NCBI GenBank assembly: GCA_964187785.1
Contig: OZ076412.1
Coordinates: 58,468,001-58,532,000, forward strand
DNA length: 64,000 nt
Reading direction: 5' to 3'
Origin: Amphiscolops sp. MND2022
Taxonomy: Eukaryota
In this document: one piece after another, positions 11,867-23,300 of the stretch
How the letters are laid out: the number at the start of each line of letters is the position of its first letter
How positions within the stretch are numbered: position 1 is the stretch's first letter
Program-made: the position numbers and the translations under genes
Notes under the pieces: model-generated
What the model was told of the DNA's origin: nothing
What the model saw: only the letters and a program-made list of their open reading frames with translations
The model's database searches: none

Positions 11867-11958
11867 CCTGCCTGAAAGGGGCTGTGCAGCAATCTTTTGC
11901 GGTAACCTGCCTGAAAGGGGCTGTGTTGCTGTTTTATTTGCCTGCCTGAAAGGGGCTG
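11867..11958 (+). repeat. Three identical 18-bp direct repeats CCTGCCTGAAAGGGGCTG with 21- and 17-nt unique spacers
   Basis: Copies at 11867-11884, 11906-11923 and 11941-11958; the last ends 32 nt before the gag ATG at 11991. Confidence 0.93.
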
Positions 11959-11990
11959 AGCAATTTCAACAAATACTCGAGTAGTGAGAC

Positions 11991-14900
11991 ATGACAGACA
12001 CCGAGAGTGTTGAAAAACTAAAACGAGCTAAAGCCTCGCGAAAGGCTCATGTTGCGATAATTACTCGCAAACAAGCCACTTTTGAGCAAATTGCTGGCAA
12101 GACAACCCTGGAATTAACAGACGAGGATCGAAACACAGCTGAAACTCTTCTAGCGTCCCTCTCCGATAAAAACAAAGTTGTTGATAGCCTTAATCTTGAA
12201 ATCCTCGATTTAACTGAAAACACAGATGACCAAATGGAAGCTGAAATTGTTCACCAAGACGAAATAGACATGAAATTGAAAAGTCTCATTCGTAAAATTG
12301 AATCGTGGTTGAGTGCCAATTTTACAGTACAAGAGAGTCCTCCTGAAGACTCGCTGTCGTCAGTCTCCTCTCATCGTGAGAAGAATATACGTCTTCCCCG
12401 GATAGAATTGCCAACTTTCGATGGTGCCTACAAGGATTGGGTACCATTCTATGACATGTTCAAGGGCACCGTTGACAATCATGCATCACTACCTGCAGTG
12501 CAAAAGCTATATTACTTGAAAGGATCTTTACGTGGAGAGGCCAAGAACTTACTAGCACATCTTCCCACAACTGACGCTAACTATTCAGTGGCATTGAATC
12601 TCCTCCAAGGACGTTACGAGAATCAGTCTATGATAACTAAAGCTCATTTGACCAATATATTTAAGATTGGAGCTGTCAAACCTGATCACCCTGAAAGCCT
12701 TAGAAAACTGCTAAATTCGTTTACCGAGAACGAGATGGCGCTGAAGGCTCTTGGCCTCGGCTCGACAGAATGTGATTTTCTGTGGATTCATATTTTATCG
12801 GAAAAATTGGATACAGTGTCAGCGCGTGAATGGCAATTGAGTAACAAAGATGGTAAAGTAAAGACTTTACAGGAATTTCGCCAATTTCTTGATCAACGTG
12901 CAACCGCCCTCGAAGCGGTTCAGAAGCTGCAATCTACAAGCGTTTCCCCGAAAGAAAGACCAAAAGAGACCAGCAACGGACAGAGTTATGCAACTACTTC
13001 AAAAGAATGTCCTGTTTGCAAGCAATCTCATCGCATCTACCTTTGTCCTAAGTTCACTTCCTCTGAGGTCTCTGTCCGGCGTGAAACAGCCAAAGAATTG
13101 CGCCTTTGCTTCAATTGCCTCCGCCACGGTCACGCAATCCGGAATTGTTCATCGAAAACAGTCTGCCGCACATGTGGTCAGAAACATCACACACTATTAC
13201 ATGACTCGAGTTTGAAAATACCTCGTCGCAGTGATACTTCAGAGTTTGCTGGTCATCAGAAAGACACCACCAAGCACACCCCATGCACCATGCTTTCGAC
13301 AGCTATGGTATCCATTAAAGATAGTTTCGGCAAGCTTGTTTCATGTCGCGCCTTACTCGATAGTGGCTGGCAGATGAGTTTCATAACACATACAATGGTT
13401 GAAAAGTTGAAGTTAAACAAAGAGAGAACCCAATTGAGTCTCAGTGGAGTTGGTGGCATAACCACAAATAAACATACATCCCGTACAACACTCGACCTTG
13501 CCACGGATCAGGGGACCATCGAGGTCAAAGCCTATGTCCTGAAAACAATAACAGGTTGCATTCCTAGTAGACCATTGGATATTTCGAGATTACCCTCATT
13601 GAAGCAATACTACTTGGCTGATCCGAATTTCAATACTTCTGCTTCTGTCGATCTCTTACTTGGTGCTGACATCTTCGAAAAATTGATAATGAATCAACGG
13701 GAGGAGATAACCCCGGGTCTTTTCCTGCGCAAAACTATTTTCGGCTGGGTCTTTGTTGGCCAACAAGAGTCGCAGACATCGACGGTGGTCGTGAATTGTC
13801 ATTTGTCGTTAGAAGAATCTGTCAGAAAATTCTGGGAGATTGAAAACTTTCCATCGCAAACGTTTCAAACCAAAGAAGAAATCGAATGTGAGGTTCATTT
13901 CCAAGAAACTACTAGAATTGAAAATGATCGTTTTGTTGTAAAATTACCCTTCAAAAAGCATTCTTCTCTTGGTGAAAGCCTGCCTCAAGCCAAGCGACGC
14001 TTCGAATCACTTGAGCGGCGTTTAGACCAAAATCCTGAATTGAAAGAAAGGTACACAAGTTTCATTGATGAATTTCTTTGTCTTAAACATATGGAAGAAG
14101 TACCGGAAAATGAAATTGTGAAATCATCATCAGAAGTATATTATCTACCGCATCACTGTGTACTCAAGGAAAGTTCAAAAACGACCAAACTTCGCGTTGT
14201 CTTCGACGGTTCAGCAAAAACCAGCAATGGATGCTCGTTAAACGACAACCTGCTGGTTGGTCCTGTTGTTCAAGATAATTTAATAGCCATCTTGACACGC
14301 TTTCGGTTCAATGTTGTTGCATTATCAGCAGACATAGCTAAAATGTATCGACAAGTAGTTCTAGATAATCCGGAGAAGGACTTCCATAGAATTCTCTGGC
14401 GTGAAAGTAAAGATGGACCACTTCGCCACTTGCGAATGAAACGCGTGACATACGGAATAGCCTCTTCGGCTTTTCATTCTACCCGATGTTTAAAAGAGAT
14501 AGCGAACCGCACAGAAAACTCAATTGTGAGAGATTGTTTGAATAGATGCTTCTACGTCGACGATTTTCTTGGCGGAGCTCCAACAATTGATGAAGCGAAA
14601 TCTTTGTTAGACAATCTTGTTAAAGAACTTCGACGTTATGGCTTCGATTTGAGAAAATGGGCGTCAAGTCATACTGAACTAATCTCTGAGCTGCCTGTCG
14701 AAATGAGAGAAAATGCTGACTCACTGGAACTGTTTTCGGAAGAATACAGAATCAAAGCTCTGGGTATTTCCTGGCATCCCAATACGGATATGTTTTTTTT
14801 TCAATGTAGATCTGGAGGAAATCACGGAACCAACAAAACGAGCTCTTTTGTCAGACTCGTCAAAAATATTCGATCCTATGGGTTGGGTATCGCCTGTAAT

Positions 14901-17090
14901 CATTCTTTTCAAAAGTCTTGTTCAGCGCACATGGGTGCAAGATTTGTCATGGGATGACAAACTTCCTGATGACCTGGTTGAGCAGTGGTACAGAATACGT
15001 AAGGAACTGGAGTATCTTAACACGATAAAAATTCCTCGTTGCGTTCGGCCTCCAAAAACAACCGCACTTGAGCTCCATGTCTTCTGTGATGCCTCAGAGA
15101 TGGCTTATGCGGCAGTGGTCTACATAAGAGCTCGGGGTCCAACAGGTATTTCTTGTAAACTTTTGACTTCTAAGACTAAGGTTGCCCCTGTGAAAGCTCT
15201 GTCCATGCCTCGTCTTGAGTTGTGCGCTGCGACTCTGGGAGCCAATCTTACAAATTCTCTTCGTCAAACACTTGAAGTGTCTTTAGTAACTGCTTGGACC
15301 GACTCTACAATCGTTCTTAATTGGCTTTCCAAGCTTCCCCGCACTTGGAATACGTTTGTTGCAAACAGAGTTGCAACTGTGCAGGAAGAAATTCCACGCA
15401 ATCAGTGGAAGTACGTTCCAAGCAAGGATAATCCTGCTGACATGGCTTCACGTGGATTATTAGCCTCCGAGATCATAGAAAATGCGCTTTGGTGGAATGG
15501 ACCGGAGTGGTTGTCAGCTGATGACGCTGAATGGCCTCTGACGCCCTCGACTGAAGAGACACTTCTAGAGAAACGATTGAATAAAAGCATATGCACCGTT
15601 GTTACACAGATTCTGCCGTTGAATATTGAAAAATTCTCTTCTTTGCAGAAATTATTTCGAGTTTTCGGCTACGTTCTAAGGTTCATTGCGCAAGTGAAAG
15701 TGCGGTGCGGTTTTAAAATTCAATCTTCCGCACAAGTATCAGACAGCTTAACTGCTATTGAACTTGGAGACGCCTCTTATCGATTAGTGTCTTATGAACA
15801 ACAAAAGCTATTGAAGGAAGAATTTTCGTTACTTCAGCAGGAAGGCGAGCTTCCCAAAAACAGTCCCTACATCAGCCTATGTCCCTTCTTTGACAAAGAC
15901 TTCAATGTGATTCGAGTAGGTGGTCGCCTAGCGAACTCTGATTACGACTCTTTGAAAAAATTTCCTCTGCTCTTACCGAAAACCTCCTCTCTGGTTCCGC
16001 TAATCATTAGATATTTTCATGAAGCAACGCTTCATGGCGGTGATAGTATGACTCTTGCGGCTCTCCGAGAAACATATTGGATCATAGGAGTCAGAATAAT
16101 GATCAGAAAAATCATCAAAAATTGTATCAAATGCTGTCGTTTTTCCCTGAAGTCAACAACGCAACAGATGGCCGATCTGCCACTTGAGCGGATAACACCA
16201 TCCCGACCATTTTCGCAAAGTGGGTTAGATTTCGCAGGACCTTTGAAAGTCAAATGTTCCGGAAAAGTTTATATCGCTATTTTTGTTTGTCAACTAAAGC
16301 CGTGCATATGGAACTTGTCGGTAACTTGTCAAAGGACGCTTGTATTCTTGCCTTGAAGCGTTTCTTTGCCCGAAGAGGCACACCGTCAAAAATTCTCAGT
16401 GATAATGGGACTAACTTCATTGGGGCAAGGAATGATCTTCTCAAGTTGAATGAAGTATTTGAATCAAAAAACAAAGATTCTGTTGTTTCCTTCGCTGAAC
16501 AACGCGGAACGGAATGGGTAACAATTCCACCAAGAGCTCCTCATTTTGGCGGTATATGGGAAGCAGCAGTGAAAAGTATGAAACATCATCTTCGTCGTGT
16601 GGTCGGTACACAAATTCTCCACTATGAAGAGCTTTCTACTATCTTATGTCAAATCGAAGCAGTCTTGAACTCCAGACCCTTAGTCCCGCTTTCTAGTGAC
16701 CCAAATGACTTGCAAGTGATTACACCGAATCATTTTTTAATTGGGGGATCGGCAAACGAACCCGATAGGCAAGAATCAAAAGTTCCACTCAACTGCCGCT
16801 ACAGACTTCTCCAGCAGATCCAAAAGGACTTCTGGAAAATGTGGAAGAAAGATTATCTGGGCTCACTTCAGATAAGGAAAAAATGGGCACAGAGTTCCGC
16901 AAATCTCAAAATTGGAGACCTAGTTCTACTGGCAGACGATGATTGTCGTGCAATGCAATGGAAAATTGGTCGAATTAAAGAAGTATATACCGGAAATGAT
17001 GGACTTGTACGAGTTGTTAAAGTGAAAACTCAGCAATGTGATTTAATCCGGCCAATAGTAAAACTTCGAAAACTCCCAATCTCTTGTTGA
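11991..17090 (+). mobile_element. BEL/Pao gag-pol (element 2), broken by two frameshifts
   Basis: ORFs 11991..14957, 14713..16356 and 16254..17090 join into gag (LPRIELPTFDG, knuckles), protease (LLDSGWQ), RT (YVDD), RNase H (FCDAS) and integrase (DFAGP, SDNGTNF, GGIWE). Breaks are at the T9 run 14793-14801 and at ~16288. Confidence 0.93.
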
Positions 17091-17146
17091 CTTTAACGCG
17101 CCCTCACTTACAATTTTCTTAATCATACTGATCAAGGGGTGCGGTA

Positions 17147-17450
17147 TGTTGAATGTCATTTGAACTAAATTGAATCTAAAAAAAAACTTGTTCATGCATC
17201 TCAAAGTTGCTAAGTCTCAAATAATTTGTTCTGAACTATTCTGCCGCCGTTTTAATGTTTGTTCACAAGTTGGTCTGAATTAATCTTTGAAACACGTTCT
17301 AGTTGAAGTTTGACTTCCACCCAAGCTTTGAGCTATCTAGCTATAGCACAAGTTAACAATTTAGCAGAGCTGTCTCGTCACAGCATACTACAAACACTAA
17401 CTATTGTACTGAAAAACCAAACCGAATTAAGACTAAATAGCCAAAATTAG
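17147..17450 (+). repeat. Probable 3' LTR of BEL element 2; no matching 5' LTR found, right boundary uncertain
   Basis: PPT-like CAAGGGGTGCGGTA followed by TGTTG at 17147, the same layout as element 1. Confidence 0.55.
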
Positions 17451-17819
17451 TTCAAGTCGAAATTGCGGAAAATTGAAAATGCAATAGGTTGAAATTGTGA
17501 GCGGTTGAAATTCCTTAGGTTGAGATTACATAGGACGAAATGGCATGTAACCCTAACTAAGGGTTAGCTCAGAATCCAACAAAGAGAAAAAGATCTCCAG
17601 AAAGTTGCTGAAATTTCAACAGATAATGTGAATCATTTTCTATATACTGCAGATTTTCATCTGTAATATTCAGTCTACAAATAGTGTAGTGCACCTCGTG
17701 TGACTATTGGAAAACCAGACAAGAAAAGACTAAACAATTTTACTCCGAAGACACGCGATTTTCAGCGGTAGAAATTTTTTCATGGTAGCTAAACGAAATA
17801 ATAGTATCAGTCTTTGAAC

Positions 17820-18252
17820 TAGAGCCTGGACTAGTTAAGATTTTCTCTTAACCTAATACTAGTTAAAAATAACCGATAAATCGATTAGCCGATAAAATAC
17901 CTCGATTAAAAAGATTTTGAATAAGTATCAACTGGGATAAATAGTATCAGAACAATTCAAATGAATCTTATCGATTTCTAAATGGGTTCTATGCTTTCAA
18001 ATTTAAACATGTCCAAAAGTGCTGAAAATTCGTTAAGAAATAGCACTATAAAAACAAACTATTGAAATTTCTGTGAAACTAATATCACTATTAAACTATT
18101 GAAACTAATATCACGTTTTATTGATGTGAAGGGCATTCACTTTTTGTCTGCAGAGTTCAAGTCCAACTTTCTGCGACTTTTGCCTTAACCGATTAAAGTT
18201 CAAGCGTTGACAATTAATTGACCTAACAGGTTAACAACTGGACCAGGATCTA
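17820..18252. mobile_element. hAT-type MITE
   Basis: Imperfect TIRs TAGAGCCTGGACTAGTT / AACTGGACCAGGATCTA; 8-bp TSD CTTTGAAC / CTTTGAAT. Confidence 0.75.
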
Positions 18253-19665
18253 CTTTGAATCAAGTGAATGGTTTAGTAGGCTAAGAACAGGACAAATACA
18301 AATGTACGTGTCAGTATGTCTATGAGACCTGCTACTGCCATTAGCAGTGAGACATTTGGATTCTTCTCTCTCAAAGTAGAACAAATGCACTTCCAGTACT
18401 TCTATTTCTAACCGACCCAACCAACAGTAAAAATAATACCCCGAGTAAAAACTTCTCAATGAATATTTGCATATAAACTCTGATAACATCCAACTTGGAT
18501 AAATTAAAAGCTAAAATCAATGGGAATCGGACAAGCCCTTAAAAATCCAATTAAGTTGATGCTTCATTTCTGACAACTCAATAGCCATCGAATGACGATT
18601 CTGACATTTTATTATTTCTCTAAAATGGGTTAAGAATTTTGTGGGAACTACGTTCCCGCAGTTAATTGAAATTTGAATGCGGTTGTGGGTAGAACAAAAA
18701 AAACACGTGCGTGACTTCGTGCTATACATTAAACTATAATGGTTAGGGGGGTAGGGGATGAATATATGTGATGTATAATGTAACCAATTAGTATAACTAG
18801 AGGCACATGATCTCAATCTAATCATCACTGCTATTTCTGCGACAGTGGCGACGATATCAGACTTCATTATGCTAATGAGAACGAGGTGCTGAAATTTGAA
18901 CATGCATTGTGGAATGTCAGCTAAATTAATTTACACTTCTTCAGGCGAAATTTTCAGTTAACTCCACAACTTGCCCGTAACCCATTAGCAAAAATAGGAA
19001 TTCAATTCCAGCAAAAATCCAATTTTTCAACTCTGAATGAGAAATTAACATTTTTCATGCTTTGGTATACACCTACTAGTTACAAAGCCGTCTAGAAGAC
19101 AAGTTATAATTCAGAGGAGAATGATAATTTCCCTAAAATCAAAACTTTGTTGGTTCATGTCATTCGAAACATTGAAATTGAGAGTTTTTTATTCGCAAAC
19201 ACAGTAGGTCACTAGTATACACTAATGGGGGTATTCGCAAATTTTGGTTTCTCCATACAGTTTAACTAGAGTTTTTGCAACTTTCTGCAAAATTTAATCA
19301 TATGAGGTAACATTTCTAAGCCAGGACCACCTCCACGCTGTGCGAAAGCAGGTAGAATCATTTCAATTAACCATTTGAACTGTATACACTTTTTAGGGCT
19401 CCCAAACAAAAAAGTCAAAAAAGTTAAAAATCAAATTCAATAACCCTACCAACGTATACTACTTAGGTCAATATATTTGCAATGTTTTTCTGAGCATTAG
19501 CCATTACCAACGATAAATCCGACAAGATCCGTAAAAATGTCATTTTTTGAGTCTTAATTTCTTTGGGGTAACACGACGGGAGCTGCTAAGTTGGCACCCT
19601 GCTCTAGACACTGGTGTTATAGAAACAAACAAAAAACAACACTGCCGTTCGTAAAGCACGAGAAG

Positions 19666-19736
19666 ACGAAGTTCCTCGGTATACTTTCACGAAAGCTTAT
19701 ATAGTGCTTTCGTGAAAGTATACCGAGCTACTTCGT
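19666..19736. repeat. Strong hairpin with a 22-bp perfect stem and 9-nt loop
   Basis: CTCGGTATACTTTCACGAAAGC (19675-19696) pairs with GCTTTCGTGAAAGTATACCGAG (19706-19727); an outer ACGAAG/CTTCGT pair extends it. Confidence 0.9.
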
Positions 19737-20395
19737 TCATTATAATGCTATGGCGCAATCGAGCATACCGCAAGTTGTGTAGTCGAGATTCATTGTTTGT
19801 TGGCTCGCGAGTTGATGAAATATAAACTGCAGCATTAGATGTCATTTATTGACTAGTAACAAACTTAGGAATCGAGAAGAAAGCTTGAAAGGGGAAATAA
19901 TTGTGGTTGTCAATCGATCCCCCTCAACTTATGGAAGCCCCTGATATGTTTTCATTCGGAAATCTCTCTAAAATCTTGAAAAAAACAGGCTGTAGAAATA
20001 GGCTTCTTCGGAAAAAAAAGTATTGGGATACGATTTTGAAATATAACAACTTGAAACAAGCTCATTCTAATAGAATTTACAATATTTTCGAGAAAAATTT
20101 TATTGTCAAATTCGAAACATCCGGGGAGAATTTCTAGAAATTCTCCAGAACATTTTGAATCTGACATAGCTTTTCTTTTTTAGCTTCAAAATTTTGACAG
20201 AAAATTGTCAAAATTGTGGAACTAAAAAAGTGTGTCAAAAATTCAAAAAACTAAAAAAAATGGTTTTGAGAATAGCTGTCGACCAATAAAATGTGCTCGT
20301 GAGACATTATTTAGACAATCAGATGTGGTCATTCGCTCTCTTCCCGCGTGTTTTTCTGAAATCACTACTTTACACATTGACTATTGCGTGCTCAC

Positions 20396-23300
20396 CCATG
20401 CATGGGTCCGGTGCCGTGGTTGGACTCCTCGACGATGGTGTCGAACAGCTGGGTGCCGTTGGCGTCCGACACAGTGGAGAAGTTGTAGTGGAAGATCTTG
20501 CTGTACAAAGCACTGGGCACTCCACCGCCTCTGTCTGAGATACTGCAACATTGGAAGAAAGCAAATAGTTCCAGCCTCACAGCGTTTTTAAAGGCCATCA
20601 GAAAACGTTATGACCCTGAGTGGCCAACAAATTCACTCCCTTTCGACCCCCAAGATCCAGGCTACGAGCTCCACCATATTCATATTCTTGTTCAATGAAG
20701 TGTTGTGTCCGAGTTCGACAGTACTTTACATTTTTTGAAATTTTTACTCGAATGAGTGTTTTGAATGAATTTTGTGTTTGTGATATTTTGACATTTGACG
20801 ATTTTTCGTTGAGATAAAATGGGAAAGCTGTTTTCATAGGAAAGATTCTCTAAAAAGATGCAAATTCAAGAGAGTCTTGAGATCACTTTAGTTTTTTATA
20901 GCAAAAAGATTTATTTCCGTGGTTTTCTCTGTGAAAATTGTCAAAAATTTAATAGAATTTTGACTACCCCAGTCGAACTCCCATACATTTCTTGCAAGAA
21001 TCTTGCAGATGTGGTACATATCAGACACTATCTGCAAGAATCTTAGATTTCAGAAAAACCTGTCAGATTCTGGCAAATCAGACATTTCTTGCAGATTCAG
21101 ACGTTTCTTGCAAGATTCTCGCATGTCAATACATTTCTTGCAAGATTGTTGGACGGATCTTGCAAGATAATGTCTGAAAATTGAAAGATATTCAGCAAGA
21201 AAATGTCTGGAATGTACGGAAAACGTCCAGATTGTTTTTTCAAAATGTTCCTAGAACATGTTCGAAATGAATGTAAATGTCTCGTATATGGAGTCGCATG
21301 GATTTAAAAGTGACTGAAGATGTTGAAATATGATTTGTTTATTTTAGAACTACCGCTTTTGGGAGCTGTACGTTTGCCACGATTGTGACACCTAGGACAG
21401 TCGCTTGGGCCGTGTCCTAACTTGCGAGGATCTTGATGAAGGAACTACTCAGGTGTACATGTACAGTGAGCTGAAACATACGTCAGTGCATCCAGAAAAA
21501 ATACATGTGAAAACAATTTCTGCTACTGCTTGCTATACAATAGGTGCAGCCCAGAAGGTAGTCTTATTCTCATGAAGACGAAAGCAGCAGATTACCTCGA
21601 GAGTGATTCGTCAAAGTTTGGACATTCGGTCCACTTGACAGCAACAACAAACTTGAATCACATATGTCGAACGAACTCTTAGGCTGTAATCTTTGAAGAC
21701 GTGTACATATTTATGTTTATCTTCATCTATATTTGTTTTGATGCTGTAAAAATCTTTCAATATGAAAATTTCAAATTCTTTTTTTAAAATTTACTTTCAA
21801 GATTCAAGCATTTTCTTCCAAGTTACTCTGAAAGTTTAGGCATTTTCTTCCAAGTTACTTCCAAGATCAGGCATTTTCTTCCAAGATCAGGCATTTTCTT
21901 CCAAGTTACTTACAAGATCAGATATTTTCTTGCAAGATCTTCCAAGATACCTGCAAGAATAATGCATTGTCTTCCAAGATCTTGGAAGTGAAATCTGACA
22001 GATTCTTGAAGGAAATGTATGGCGGTTCGGCTAGGGTAGTTTCAGACCAATTATTTCATGCGACTAAACATGGAATCACAATTTTGAAACAGCCTCTTGG
22101 CTGTTGTTGAATCACAGTAAGGCTTGGCTGTTGTCCGAGAAAGTCTGCTTAGGAAGAAAAACTCTAGGAATTGTCAGCAAATGCCATGTTTCAATATTTT
22201 CTCGAGTGCTAGAACAATATACAAATGAACTAATTTTTAGATCTGTAGATGTATTCATTTTAATTAAATTGGCCATGGGACGACAAAAGTACATTGCTGG
22301 AGTCAGTGGATTTGGAATAAGAACGAACCGTATCATGAAGTCTGTGTCGTTGCTGGCGATTGTGATGACCACTTTGGGGATAGTTTGGTGTCTTCCCTTC
22401 TGGTATTTCTGTCTGTGTAGCTCCACGGTAGCTCTGTACATAGCAAACACAACTTCAGAACTCACGACAATCTGTATATTTCGACAACTAGTACGAGAGT
22501 AACGAATAACAGAAGGCCCGGCACTTCGGCTACAATGGAAACGCTGATAAACACAATAGTTCCATTATCCATATTTTACAATGAAGACGGAAAATTTGTG
22601 TTGCCCCGGCATTTAATTTGTTACTTGTTGTGGAAATTGAAAAATTAAAAGATTTCGCGTAGATCTCGTAGAGAAAATTCCTCGTTAGATTCTTGCAAGG
22701 AACATATTTACTTGAAAGATCTTTCAAGGAATTCGTTAAAAGCAAGGATCTTACAGGATAGCCCAACCAAAGTTAATTCCTCTGGATCTGTACCCTACAA
22801 TTACAACCCAGGCTGCGAGTGAGGCGTACCTGAGTGCATTTTTGAGCAGTTCGGGCAAAATGTAGTCGAGGGGCATAGGGATGTAGGGGAAGACTACGTC
22901 CAGGTGGCCGTTCACCTCTATTTTGGGAGACACCCCGTAAGTGTGTTCACACAGTCTCCTGCACCAGTCAGCCCACTTGTGTGCCAGTCTGCTCAGACTG
23001 AAGTCGGTCTGCACTATCCCCACAAAGTTCTCCTGAAATAAACAAAAAATGCTTCACACAGCTGCACGATATCACAGTTAAGAGGGGAGAAATCACGGAA
23101 CTTTTTCTGGGCCAAAAACATCAACAAAAAACTTGATTGAAAATTGAAAAAAGTAATTGATATAAGCGCTTTCTGTATGCATGGAAGTGTACCACTTGAA
23201 CCCAATGCCGGCGAGATGACTTCTGGTATCTTTTCGAAATTTCAAAAATTTCTGCAGTCGGAAAAAAACCATTTATATCGGGGAAACATGAAAGCTAGTT

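Noticed and set aside
11867..11958. CRISPR array
   Set aside because: Eukaryotic retrotransposon context, only three 18-bp repeats, short unequal spacers and no cas genes. Kept only as a structured repeat.
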